A stretch of DNA of 62,864 nt, filler included, from Folioceros fuciformis (GCA_049999805.1; 16 parts of 16 records of this genome joined end to end with filler, not necessarily neighbours in it), one strand, 5' to 3'; positions 25,018 to 37,601 are shown, numbered from the whole stretch's first letter. Numbers and translations: made by a program. Notes: a model not told the origin generated them from the letters alone.

Positions 25018-25713
25018 TCACTTCTGCTCTTTCTTATCCCTCTCTTCCGTCCATGTAGCCTGCCATTGGTTGTCGTAGAAGGTCCACTCTTTCGCTAAGG
25101 TTTTGAGCTTGGATACATCGTCGTTCTTCCGGATGAAGAGCACACCCAGAACAGTAAGAAGCAGCAGAAGCTTCCCGAGAAAGCTGTTCTGTTGATCAAC
25201 GAGCCCAACACCACTCAAGCTGTCCACGATGAAAGCCGAGGCATAACCCAACATCGCTGCTCGACCTGCGGACAAAAGTCCATATCCACACAAGACAAAA
25301 CCGCATCACCACTTGCCCACACATACCAACACCCCAGCCCAGAACAAGACAAGACAATCGACACAACACGGCCACCCTCCTGCACTCCTCCGCATACCGT
25401 TCAACACCTCTGCTTCCGGGAGATGAAATCTCTTCACCCACGCCCACCAGGGCACGACCGAGGTCTCGAACACCACAGGCTCGTCGTTGCTGGAGGCTTC
25501 GGGGTTATCCTCTAGCCACTTCCTCCTCACAACCTCTGCAGGAAGAAAACCCAACACCAGGCCCGTCACTCCCGCTCCTACGCGCAAGCCAAACAGAAGG
25601 ACCCACCAAATCCAGCACGGCGTTCTCTATCCCAGTCGGCAACCCACCGGCATCGATCACGGCATCCCAATCCGTCTTCCCGTTCTTGGTGAACTGCACC
25701 AAGTCCCAGGTAC
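25018..25713 (-). CDS. LIL3: Light-harvesting-like protein 3, 5'-truncated; exons 25713-25648, 25535-25398, 25265-25018
   Basis: Spliced [28 protein letters not shown]...[25 protein letters not shown]...GVGLVDQ...[14 protein letters not shown]. Contains the LHC motif ExxNGRxAM. GT-AG introns keep the frame. Confidence 0.95.
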
Positions 25714-27375
25714 NNNNNNNNNNNNNNNNNNNNNNNNNNNNNNNNNNNNNNNNNNNNTTAATTAATTAANNNNNNNNNNNNNNNNNNNNNNNNNNNNNNN
25801 NNNNNNNNNNNNNACGCACCGTCGACTTCATTTCTTCTTCCAAGCTTTGTAAGCTCCACCGTACGAATGTGACGTTGGTGGTGCCTGGGACCTAATTTCC
25901 ACTATGGATCCCCTTCTCATCTTTTGTGGATGAGGAAATTGCTTGAAAAAGCTGCCGTTCCGTTTATTCTAGGTCTACGCTNNNNNNNNNNNNNNNNNNN
26001 NNNNNNNNNNNNNNNNNNNNNNNNNNNNNNNNNNNNNNNNNNNNNNNNNNNNNNNNNNNNNNNNNNNNNNNNNNNNNNNNNTAATTCACTAAGGACCTTC
26101 TGCCTGTCCGCCTGTACTGAACCCTGATTCTCAAACCAAGTGTCATCAACCTAATTCAGAAAAACCTGTACGTCCTAGAACATGACTAGGAAACACTTTC
26201 GCTTGAAAAGGATGATGTCTTGTTAGATGTTCAGATCAAACTGTTCAGTAAAACCTAAAATAATACCTTTCGTTGTGAACGGATGTCCAATTCAACTTTT
26301 CATTCACGTGTAATGAGAATAGGGCGTTGTACGCGGTAGATACGCAAGTGTGACGATTTGAGTGAAACGGCATGAACAAGAAAATAAATCAAACACTCAG
26401 GATTAAACATGAAATCAAACAAAACTCGAACAACGTGATACCCGCCAGATTACTACATTCAATGATGGATTTGTAATTATGCACACCCGCAAATCCGTAT
26501 ATACTAACACAATACATGATGTTTGCGCTATTATGCGACACACTTTTTCTGCATGTTAACGCATCGCTGAAAATAAATGTACATAAATGTGGATACATGA
26601 CACGAATTTCAAACATTCAAATCCGACGAAGCCCTAAATGGCAGAATCTGACCGTTTTGATTAGAACTTGTTAAGACCACAACACTAGTTACTAATTCGG
26701 AGCATCACTCATTGTTGCTCTTCTCATTGTGATGTGCTCGTTGTTCTTCTTTCTTGCTGCTTATTCTTCTTCCTTGCTCCTTGTTGTTCTTTCTTGGTAA
26801 GGGCTCTTCTTTTTTAGAGCTCATCTCTTTTTAAGCTCTTCAGTTTTAAAGCTTTGTTTTTTGGCTCTTCATGTGCTATAATAATTTTTTAAAACATTTA
26901 CAGGTAAAGATGGTTCATTTTTCTTAAAGTTCAGCATTTGGGCATTTTTGGAAGGGCTCCACATGATGACCAAACAAGGAATGGCGACAATAGGCAAACA
27001 TGCCAACAAAGCCAAAAGAGACAAAAGGTGCAAAAGACAAGAGTCTTCAAGGAAGAATGAAAGGTCACATTTCATTGGGTGGGGTTGCGCTTGTCATGAC
27101 TTAAAAAGTCTCCTAGAATGCTACATCTTTGTGAACTTGTTGTGCACATTGACACCAAGCAAGTTAAGGAGTCCTGACCAGCAAGAGCGTGGTGAAGATA
27201 AAGTCGTGGTGTTTCGATCAAAAAGCCAGTCATTAGAAATGCTTACCTCAATAGTTGGAAACGAAATGTTGCAAGTATATAGGGGTGTTGAATAAGTGGA
27301 AGAGCGTTCTTTTGATAGTTTGCTTAAAAAGATCAGTGTCAGAAGACAATCATGGCATCTTAACAATTTTAACTG

Positions 27376-27649
27376 TATAGAGTAATTAAAGCCCAATGTG
27401 CTTAGACTAATGTGTTTAGTCTAAGATTAGTGTCTAGTTAAGTATCATTTATTTATATTAGCTTAAGCTAATCTATAAGAAGCTTCTTACACAGCTTCTT
27501 GTGCGCTTCTTGTGAAGCTTCTTTAGGAGCTCTTCTTGAGGGTATAAATACCCTCTTGAGCTACCTTGCAATATAGAGAGACACAGAGAGTGTGAGACCT
27601 CTCTTTCTCCTCTCCTCCTTCACCATGTGGCTCCCCTAGCGATCATTCA
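27376..27649 (+). mobile_element. Solo LTR (~274 bp)
   Basis: Full-length homolog of the LTR at 34063-34347. Flanked by AACTG and AATTG (TSD, one mismatch); no PBS follows. Confidence 0.85.
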
Positions 27650-27997
27650 AATTGATCATGAAGCTTGTAGTGGACTAAACAATTGAATCAAAGTTTTGTA
27701 TTGCAGATTTGCATCTTCATGTTTACCACACATGAGAAGGGTGCAATGACGTGATGTTAGAAGTAATCAAATTGACATCTTAAAACTTGTTGGAGGTAAT
27801 GGACCCTGAAATATATTATGTTTCACTTGTATCGAGGGATGGGGAGCAGAGAAGCTGCTCCTTTCATCGATCTCATGTGAAGTGAGCCACCAAAGAGTTC
27901 AAGATGACTGATAGCCTTGGTGTGCACGATGAGAGGAAGCACCCAAGGGAGGCATCTGTGTATTATAAGTTGTGATCACCCACTCACATCAAAGGAG

Positions 27998-30900
27998 TGT
28001 GGGGGAAAATATTGCACCCGGGGGTGCTACTAGGTCCACACAAACCCTCTTTGTCGTTATAGCATTGGGATTCAATCCCAAGGGAATAAGTTGTGTCAAA
28101 TAACACAGGTTTTCTCACAAAGTCAACTGCTACCCAAGGTCAGTCTTACTCACCTGCCGCTCGACTACCTCCTATTCAACTACTTCTGCCCCGTCGCGAC
28201 TCGGCTACCGCCATCGCCTCCTCAACTACCTTGACCCTAGACTACCTGACAGGAATACTCGGCTACCGGGGTGGGTGTCACTCCAACTACCGTCACTCAG
28301 CTACCTCGTCGCCTCCACAACTACCGCTCTGCTTGGCTACCCTCGTTGTCCCTCTACAACGGTCGCTGTTCCGACTACCTCAGTGGGGCCCACTATCTCT
28401 CTCTTCCTCCTTTTTCTCTCTCTCACTTCCCCTCTCTCACTCCTTTCTCTCTCTCCCTCTCTCACTCCAAGTAACTCACCACACTGACTCGCACTTCTCA
28501 CGGTCATGACCAGCCACCGGACTCTCTTACTTGCAGCCACACTTACCTCACAGCCTACTCCCTTCCATCTGTGCCTGTCTGCTCGTCATTCCGATTCGAG
28601 ACCTGTCGGCGCTCGTTTCACACACATACACACAAGCACACACTCACGACATCCATCGTCGTCTTTCTCCGGTTACTCCACGAACTCTCATACCTAGCAG
28701 CACGCACCGATGCGTCCACGCTCACACACACACTTCGGTCACGATCCCAAATCAATCTCCCCAAATCCACTCACACCCCACTGCTCTCCAGTCACACGCG
28801 CATGCAGTCTTACTTTCAATCCACGGGCATTCCTTCTCAGCACATAGTCACTCCTGGCCCTCACTCTCTCTCTCCTGTAATTTGGTAGGAACGATGGGAT
28901 CACTAGAGGCTAAGGGAAGGGGCATCCACTTCCACTCCGAACTTGCGGATTCGGCCCCCGACGCCCTCACCATTGCACGTGATCGTCACGAGGATAGCTG
29001 GGGCGCTCGTCTCCCACTCAGCGAGGTTCCCCCTCCTGATTCGTCCCTGTAACCCAATCATGGAGCATCCACCACCTACACCCACACCCTCAGAACACTA
29101 CGTGCGCTCGCTTGCCTGGACCTCCTATCCAGCAACGGCCATCGCTAGGCTTTCGCAAGGTTGGAATATTGGGCTGATTTTTGCTGATTTTTCCGAGGCC
29201 CCAAACCGGCCTCTTGTACACGGTAGTGGCGGTCCCTTCCACCATAAAGTCTGTCAGGGGTTAGTCAGCGCTCTTAATTTATGAGCGGCTTAGGTCCAAG
29301 CAAAAGCAATCTAAAAAACACTAGCCTAGACTGCAATTACTATCGCCTCTCTCTTTGCTGTTGGCGCCTTCATCCTGGCTGTCGCGGTCCTCCCCTTACT
29401 GGCCCACCCCTGGCCCTCCTACCCCTTCGTTGGTCAGGCAGGTCCTCCCAAAGGACCTCCACCTTACTGCTACTGCTGCTGGACCTTGCTGGCGGCGGCG
29501 AAGGTGGCTCCCGTCATAGGGAATCCCTCTCCTCCCTCCGTCGCCGATTACTGAGGACGAGGACGGGCTCCCGCTCAACCCACTGTTGCGCCTCCTCCTC
29601 CATCAATTCCTCCAGGACTGCCTCATAATAGCAGTGAGGCAGCCCCCATACTCGCCAGCGGTAGTAGTAGAGGCCCCTGCGGGTCCTCAGTTGCAGGCCG
29701 TAGCCCCGCGTCCCTCCTGTGCCCATGCGTACATACAAAAACAACTTCAGACTCGGGCTCCTTCCACATAGAGGCCTAGCACATAAGAGGCCTCCTCCTC
29801 ATACTGCAACACAACCCGATCCTCTGTCATAAAGGAGGTGCTTACCCCTTCCTCCCTTGGGCTACCTCGGGCTGCCTGCCCCCTGCTCTCCTGAGGTACC
29901 TGAGGGTCCTCCATCCCTCCAGCTACTGCTTCCCCCGGCTCAGTCCGCTTTGTGCGAGTCGCCCTCCCGGAGCACCTGGGCACAGGCGCCACCGCCAGCA
30001 CCTCTTTGGCCACTGGGGTCGTCCCTCCTCTACCGGTAGCCCCTTCGGCTACCGGCGTGGCCACTCGACTACCGGTAGCCCTATTGGCTACCGGCACTGT
30101 TGCTCGACTACCGGTAGCCCCGTCGGCTACTGGCACTGTTGCTCGACTATCGGTAGCCCCGCCGGCTATCGGCATTGTTGCTCGACTAATAGTAGCCTCT
30201 TCGGCTACCGGCGTCGCCGTTCGACTACTCCGCCCAACCTTGCCCTTCCCCTTCACTCACTCCCTGGCCTCATCCCACTCCCATTTGTACTTGTCGGCTA
30301 GCTTCTGGACTTGTTCCACCGCAGCCATCTCCTGCTCCTGAGCCCTAGCCATCTCCTGTTGCATTTCCAAATTAGTCTCATGGGCTTCCCTCACCTGGGC
30401 TAGGAGTGTCCCCTATTGCTCCTTCAGCACCTGTATCTCTGCCTTCGTCTGCCTTCGCCTGGCGCACCTCTTCCTCCACCTGTGCCTTGTCCTCACTCAA
30501 GACCCGCTGCTTCTCCTCCAGGAGCCGCCGTGCCGTCTCGGACTCCGCCAACTGCCTCCAGGCTTTGGCCTCCTTCCCTCTCGCCTCTGCCTCCTTGCTT
30601 TGGGCCTTAGCCTCCTTCTCCGCCTGCATGCTTAGCCAGGTCAGCGCCCTAGCCGCCTGGTCCAGCAAGTCTGCTTGTGCCTGGACCATTGTTAAGGTTA
30701 GTCCTTGTAGGTCCACCTCCTGTGACTCCACAGGGGCCATTCCCTTCTTGGTTATCTGCCTTCTTAGCAGCGCCCGCAGTCTCTCCAGCTCCCTTTGCCT
30801 ATAGCCTATCCACCTGAGGAATTTTCCTAAAAACATCTTCCCATCCTGGAAAGACTTCCTGTTCCAGTACGTGCCCTAATTTGCTCATGACCTCAGGAGG

Positions 30901-32336
30901 GGCCACTTCCATTTCTGGTACCTACTCCTGAGATGCCTCTGGCTCCTCCTCGTTCTATTCCTGCTCCACTGGCTCTTGGTCTGCTGGCTCCTAGGCAGCT
31001 GCTGGTTCCTGTTCAGCCTGTTCCGGGACTGCCTCCTATGGCGCTGATCCGCTTCCTCTCCTGGTGATCTACCCACTGGCCCATCTCTTCTTGGCAGGAG
31101 TATTCTTCCCTGCCCCCGCCTTCTTCTTCTATCTGGTGGGCGTCTCCTCCTTTGAGCTGTCCGCGCCGCCCGACTCCCAGCTGCTGGAGTCGGCTCCCAC
31201 TGGCTCGGCGGGCTTCCACTTCACATCCATTATCGGCCTCCACATATGCAGCGAGGCGAGTACCTCCAGTTCAGACACAAGGTTAGCATAGCAGTAAATA
31301 TGTATTAGGAAGGGGGAGATCATCGAAGGTCGAGGAGAAGGCAAGGTCATATTCCGCATCTCCTTGTCCATCCTGGCGTACAGGATGTTCCTCCATTCCA
31401 CCTTGCTCCCCTTGACAACCTCGTGCACGAACAGGAGCATCTGATCAGACAGGTAATCCTGCTTGCGACCTGCAGGAAGCTAAGGAACCATTTGGCCAGG
31501 CCCATCAACTGGGGATTGGCCATATCGCGGATCAGCCACCCATTGGCTTCCTTTTTCGTGCCCGGCTTGAACAGCACCTCGGCGTCCGCTGTGCTGCTAC
31601 GCTTCTTCAGGGACTCTAGCACAAGTCCTCCCTCCTCCTACTAATTGCGGCCATACACCCGCCTCACCAGCTCCAGGTTCCAATGCTGGGGTCTGCCTTG
31701 GATTCCCTCTTCTCGGACTGGCTTCCTCAACCTCAAAGCGCACTCCCTGACCAGTCTTGGTGCCGCATGATTCCACCTCTAGGTCATGAACCCGAGGCCT
31801 AGTTCTTCGACCAGCCCTCCGGCTCTGACCCTCTAGTGCTCCATGTTGGGCCATAGGACGACGTCGATCTTCGGGACAAAAGGTCCTTCCTCCTGCTCAG
31901 TCACCATTACTCGTGGCAGCAGCTCTAGACGAGACCTCATCCTGCCTGATCCCCTCTCGTGCTCCGAACACCACTGCCCCCCTGCACCTATGGTCGCCTG
32001 GTGTCCTCCGCCCGCTCCGTTCTATTGCCTCAGTGCCCGCTCTGCTCCTGGCCGTCATCGTGCTTCACGGCTACTCTCGCTCTCACTCCAACTCGCCGAC
32101 GCTCCTGCTTCGAATACTGCCCAAGACCCCCTTGACTTTCTCTAGGGTTTTATAATGTCGTTCCTATTCCACTACCGCCGGTTGGGCTACCGCCAGTCCC
32201 CCTTCCACGACGGTCGCCCAACCAGTTACCGTCGCCCAGTCACAGCATCCCAATTTTTGCCTCAGTCCACAACTACCTAAGCCTCTACCCCTCTTCCTAT
32301 TTTCTTATTTTCCAGGGTGGGGTGCATATATAGACA
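27998..32336 (-). mobile_element. Athila-related ~4.3-kb unit (family A) with decayed accessory ORFs (env-like/Transposase_32-like domain, coiled coil, repeats, C-terminal domain)
   Basis: Its U5 end is homologous to the LTRs at 17184 and 37602. ORF pieces at 31129-31622, 30378-30836, 29747-30256 and 29514-29744. A homologous copy lies at 52071-54665 (+). Confidence 0.75.
30008..30240. repeat. 39-bp coding minisatellite (~6 units, 13 aa, EGATGSRATVPVA-like)
   Basis: GGCTAC starts at 30047, 30086 and 30125. Each unit contains the inverted pair GGCTACCGG/CCGGTAGCC. Confidence 0.9.
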
Positions 32337-33355
32337 CGTGAGTGCCCCCGAACCACCAAGGGCCAAGGACACTCTCGCTCACACTTCTTCTTGAACCTAT
32401 CACTCAATCCCATCAAAACACCAAGGGCCAAGGAGACTTTGGGTATAAATACCCAAGTCTTATGCTCATACTAAGCCGATTCACTCGCATTCTCACAAAA
32501 AAAAAATCACAACCTATTCATTCCATCCTTCAAAATGGGAGTCCCAAAAGTTTTTTCCCTCTACAAGGAGGCTAGCAAAGAAGTTGCTCCTTTCGTTGAT
32601 CTTGTGTGAACTGAGCCGCCAAAGAGTAGAAAGATGACTAGTAGCCTTGGTGTGCACGATGGGGAGGAAGCACCCTAAGGGGAGGCATTTGTGTGCACTA
32701 TTACAAAAATATACACGTATATCAATATAGGGGTTGGTCACTCCATATATGTATAAATCTATGTTAAGTATATACACAAAGTGTACTAAGTCTGGACAAT
32801 CTTGATATTGAAGAGGTTCAGGTTTAGATGTTGAGAGGCAAGCTCTTTGGAAGCACGACATGCTCAATCATTGGAGAGAATTGAATGTTTTGTGTTATTG
32901 GTGAAAAACATGGTTATAGTGAAGTGGGAGAAGCTAAGGTTGCAACTCAAGCTTGAGTAAAAGTTGGTAGTCAGAACTTCCAAAAGAGTGCATTAGAGGA
33001 CCATGCAAGGAGTACATATCATTTAGCATCATTAAAGATGGAGCAAGCCCAAGCCTAGGTTCAACAATCAACCATGCAACAAACTTTGGAAATGTATTTT
33101 TCCAAAAAGGATAAGGAGATTCTCAACTTATTGAAGTTCACATATTTCATTCCTAGGAAGGATTTGAATTTCCATATATACGAGAACCTTTGTGACTTCA
33201 GGGGGATATTGGAGTGGAAGGCATTCAAGAGGTGAAGACATATGGTTCATATCTTATAAATAGTGCCTGCAAGGAGCATGTGGTCCTTACAGCCAATTTG
33301 TGGTTCTTACAGCCAATTTTTTACGCAAACAACAAAAAGAAAGGTTGGGTGCAAG

Positions 33356-33844
33356 TGTGAACCTCCAAAGTTTGGGGTAGTGGTTTGTTTTAGTTGAAAA
33401 ATGGTTAATAGTGGTATGATTTCGTTTTCTTTTTCTACTTATTTTTTTAATTTTTCTTTATTTTCTGATCATTTTTCCTATTTTTCTTGTACTAATTAGG
33501 TGACTTGAACAATAAATTGGTCTGGTTATTAGAGTGGGTATAGGTTTGGGACGTATAGGTTTGGTCCCAAACCTGGGAAAGTTTAGGTCTGGTACCAAAC
33601 CATAGGATCGGGAAGGTTTGAATTTATGTTTAATTATTGATTTAATATTAATTAAAGATAGATAATATTAAATATTAAATATAATTAAATAATTAAATAA
33701 TGTGCCAAGTGGTCTGGCTGGCTGACAAGGTTGCATAATTGACTAAACGACTGTCGGAGCTGGCCCTAACTAAGACAAGATTGCAGCCGCTTTCATTCGC
33801 ATTCCCCCACCCTTCTCCATCTTCCAGTCTTGTTTTCTCTATGT
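33356..33844 (+). mobile_element. LTR 5' part of the TGTGAACCTCC family
   Basis: The same start occurs at 45497 (+) and 40582 (-), with an internal copy at 51819-52070 (-). Homology begins sharply at TG. Confidence 0.8.
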
Positions 33845-34048
33845 NNNNNNNNNNNNNNNNNNNNNNNNNNNNNNNNNNNNNNNNNNNNTTAATTAATTAA
33901 NNNNNNNNNNNNNNNNNNNNNNNNNNNNNNNNNNNNNNNNNNNNCCCTTGCACCCAGCAGTGTGCTCACTCTGAAGCCGACTTGTGCACCTTGTCCGCAG
34001 CAATCCAAGCCATCACCCTTGCTCCACAATCCAAGCTCCACAACCTGA

Positions 34049-34347
34049 GCTCTGATACCACTTGAAGGATCGCTAGAAGGAGCTACATGGTGAAGGAGGA
34101 GAGGCAAGGAGGAGGAGAAAGGAGAGGTCACACTCTCACACAGAGTCTCAATAGCAAGGGAGCTCAAGGGGGTATTTATACCCTCTAGAAGAGCTCCCTA
34201 GGAAGCTTCACAAGAAGCGCACACGAAGCTGCGCAAGAAGCTTCTTACAGATTAGCTTAAGCTAATCTAAACTAATGGTACTTAACTAGATACTAATCTT
34301 AGACTAAACACATTAGTCTAAGCACATTGGGCTTTATTAACCCTACA
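34049..34347 (-). mobile_element. 5' LTR (34063-34347) plus tRNA-iMet PBS (34049-34060)
   Basis: Minus strand TGTAGGG...CCTTCA then AG-TGGTATCAGAGC; homologous to 27376-27649. Confidence 0.9.
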
Positions 34348-34620
34348 CTGTCAGCGGTGCGGTGGTGCGCGCGACGGTTTGCGGCGTGCGGTGAGCTGTT
34401 AGCGGTGTAGTGGTGCGCGCGACGGTTTGCGGTGTGCGGTGAGCTGTAAGCGGTGTCGTGGTGCGCGCGACGGTTTGCGGCGTGCGGTGAGCTGTTAGCG
34501 GTGTNNNNNNNNNNGTGGTGCGCGCGACGGTTTGCGGCGTGCGGTGAGCTGTTAGCGGTGTAGTGGTGCGTGATGGTTTGCGGCGTGCGGTGAGCTGTCA
34601 GCGGTGTGGTGGTGCACGTG
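34348..34620. repeat. 48-bp GC-rich tandem repeat (~5-6 units) upstream of LINE ORF1
   Basis: GTGGTGCGCGCGACGGTTTGCGGCGTGCGGTGAGCTGTTAGCGGTGTA units start at 34362, 34410 and onward. Confidence 0.95.
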
Positions 34621-34818
34621 CTGGGATGGGGTTTAGGGTGGAGGTTCGGTTTTCTTGTGGTGCCTGTGCTGCACGGGTTTCGCAGTCGGGGTGCGGTGGT
34701 CTGTGCCCTAGGTTTCGCAGTCTGGTGGGGCTTGTCCGACTTAAGGGTCTGATAATGGGGCAACCTGTTTATGGCGCACTAATATTAGTGTTCTATTACG
34801 GTATTTTTGCAATTGGGA

Positions 34819-36116
34819 ATGGCTTTAGCGATTGGCCCTAAAGAGTCCTCTCTTGAATCTAAGGTGCAATGTGACATGGCAAATCTGTTCTCCAGGGTTC
34901 ATAGTCTTGAGGAAGGAGACTCTCGTTTTGGAGGACAAATACTTTCTTTCATGGAGTCTGTTATTATCGTGGAGGCTAGACTCGAAGATCTCTCTGCCAA
35001 GCACTTCGGATCTATCTAATAGGTTTGAGGTCCTCCAAACAACCAATGATTCCCTCCTCAATGAATTACAGCAAACACAGGCTGATGTTTTAAGCCTTCG
35101 GAATGGGAACACCTTATTGCAAACTTCTCTAGACACTTTCTACTTGGATATGACCGCCCAGCATGCTGATCTTCAGGCATCTCTTAAGCAGCTCATAGGG
35201 AAGATTTCTGAGCATGCTAATATGATCTCCAAGCAAGTTGAGTTGACCACAATTCCACACTCTACTTCGGCTTCTACGATTGGCCTACTTGGCCTTTTGG
35301 AGAAGGTTGAAATTATTATTGAAGACAAATTATCTTCTATTCGTACAGGTATGTTTAAGAATGATGAGGTTATTCAAGAATTGCAGGATAGGCCCCCTGC
35401 TCCTACGACCCGATCTTTTGCCGTCGTCATAGCCGCGACAAACTCTGCCATTATTGCTGCTACCATTTCGGAGTCTCGCGATCGCGATAAGCGGTCTCGA
35501 AACCTCCGTATTACAAGGATTTTAGGAACTACTCCAGAAAGTGCTGTCAAGGGTTTTTTGGCTGATGTTATCAAGGTCGATGTTCGGTTCCAACATGCTT
35601 GGAGAGTGGGTAAGGACCATTCTCGACCCCCCACTTATATTGTTCGTTTTTTTACTCTTGAGGATAGGTTGCGTGTGTTACGTGCACGCACAAACTTGAA
35701 AGGCCAAGATATATTTGTCAACCTTGACCTTACTCCTCTCCAATGGGAACGCAAGAAGCAATTGTTGCTTGACTGTAAGAAGGCAAAATCAGAGGGTATG
35801 GTGGCTTATTTCATTGATGATGAACTGGTTATGCGGGAACCCAAGTGTGCCGTGCATGTCCCGTAGGGATGCGGGGCCCGTGACGGCATCCTCCACCTGG
35901 CTTCTTGGAATTGCAACGGATCTATCAATCTACACCCTGGCGGAATGCTTGATCTCCTCACGGGCCGGGATTGCCGGGATATTGTGTTTCTATCAGAGAC
36001 TCATGAGCATCATACCCGCCCCCTTAGGCCGTTCTCCAGATATTCATGTTTTTCTACCTTTAGACACCATGTCTCCAGTAACTCTCCCAAGGCTTTCGGG
36101 GGTATTGCTTGCTATT
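34819..36116 (+). mobile_element. Non-LTR retrotransposon 5' part: ORF1 (34819-35866, one frameshift near 35000) and start of the APE endonuclease
   Basis: ORF1 has a coiled coil, SNRFEVL, RSRNLRI, RVGK..RPPTYIVRF and IFVNLDLT. The endonuclease reads ILHLASWNCNG...DIVFLSETH...GGIACY. Cut by the scaffold end. Confidence 0.88.
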
Positions 36117-36216
36117 NNNNNNNNNNNNNNNNNNNNNNNNNNNNNNNNNNNNNNNNNNNNTTAATTAATTAANNNNNNNNNNNNNNNNNNNNNNNNNNNN
36201 NNNNNNNNNNNNNNNN

Positions 36217-36734
36217 CGTCTAACAGATTGTTGCTGTTCATGTGTGCGTGCGCTTGTTTCCGAGGTGAGTGAGACGGTTTGTGGTGAACCAAGGAAGGGA
36301 AGCGCCAAAGAGGATGCGCGGGCGGGAGGTAATCAGTCGGGTAGGAATGACCCGGTGGAAGAGAAAATCCTAGAGAGCCGGAACTAAGAGAGAGAGAGTG
36401 GGACCCACGAGCAGTAGATCGTCAGGCGACCGTCGCCCGAAAGGCGACAGAGGTAGCCCGGTGGGCAACCAAGGGTAGTCTAGGGGAAGGTAGCCCCTGG
36501 GGCGACCGGGTGGTCGAGGGGTCGTCCGGTGGGGAAGTAAGGGGGCTTGGTAAGGTTCGAGCACTGGACGTGTGTGCGTGGGTCAGTCGAGCTTTAAGTG
36601 CTAATTGACTTTAGAAGCTAAACTGTGTAGTTTAACACAAATCATTCCCTTGGGATCGAATCCCAGAGCTACAACGACATAGAGGGCTTGTGTGGACCTC
36701 GCGGTACCCCCGAGTACCATATTTTAACCCCACA
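36217..36734 (+). mobile_element. Athila-like LTR 3' end (family A-related)
   Basis: 36620-36734 is the reverse-complement homolog of 27998-28110. It ends ACCCCACA with no PBS after it. Confidence 0.78.
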
Positions 36735-36885
36735 CTAGCTCTGTAGAATCTCAAGCTTATGTCTGGCACTATAAGATCTCAAGTTCATGCCTGGCTCTGC
36801 ACAATCTCAAGCTCATTTCTAGCACTGTAAGATCTCAAGTTTATGCCTGGCTTTGCACAATCTCAAGCTTGTGCCTGGCTCTACA
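36735..36885. repeat. 28-bp tandem repeat with alternating (56-bp) higher-order structure
   Basis: ATCTCAAG at 36748, 36776, 36804, 36832 and 36860. Units alternate GCACT.TAAG and GCT.TGCACA. Confidence 0.9.
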
Positions 36886-37601
36886 TGATTAGATGCTTCA
36901 TCTCAACCTATCTTCATAGAAAAAGACGCTCCNNNNNNNNNNCGGCACGCTTTCATGATGTCTCGAATTCTCTAGTTATAAGCCGATTTCTCCATTCTTG
37001 TACATCACTTTCCCTTGTACAACTGGAGGACTCAACATTCTCCCGATGGACAACGTACATCATTCTTTCTCCTGACACAGCGAAAAGCCTCGGCATCTTT
37101 ATTCTATTGATGACGCTGTACAAACACCATTCAGGTAAAGAATGATACGGGTACAAAGGAGGAGTACCTTTTCTTGACACGTTGCCTGCAAGAGAAATAT
37201 TTTACACTAGAAAGTGCCTGAAGAGACTTAGCAGCAGACTTGCCAGAGCAACTTCTTGGGTTGTAAAAGTAACAACTTTAGGTAGCCCTTGTCAGCCACC
37301 CCTCTCTGTACATTGCGGGTCGATGGTACATCACTTCAATTCAAAAATATAACCCCCGCCACAGGTACCCCATGCATTAATGAATGACCAACTCCACTAG
37401 GATGGAGTAAATCAGCTTACACCCCAAGTGGAACGCTATGAATGCCTACGAATAGATAGTAGCAGTGCAGAATTAACTCATGAACTCCACGGTTTGGTTT
37501 GGATACTACATCAAGTCAGTTCCTTCAAATCCTACTATGAAGCACCAACCTAAGGGGTAGACCCAAATATCTGAGGGTTACTGGTAAAGTAGATGGCATC
37601 A

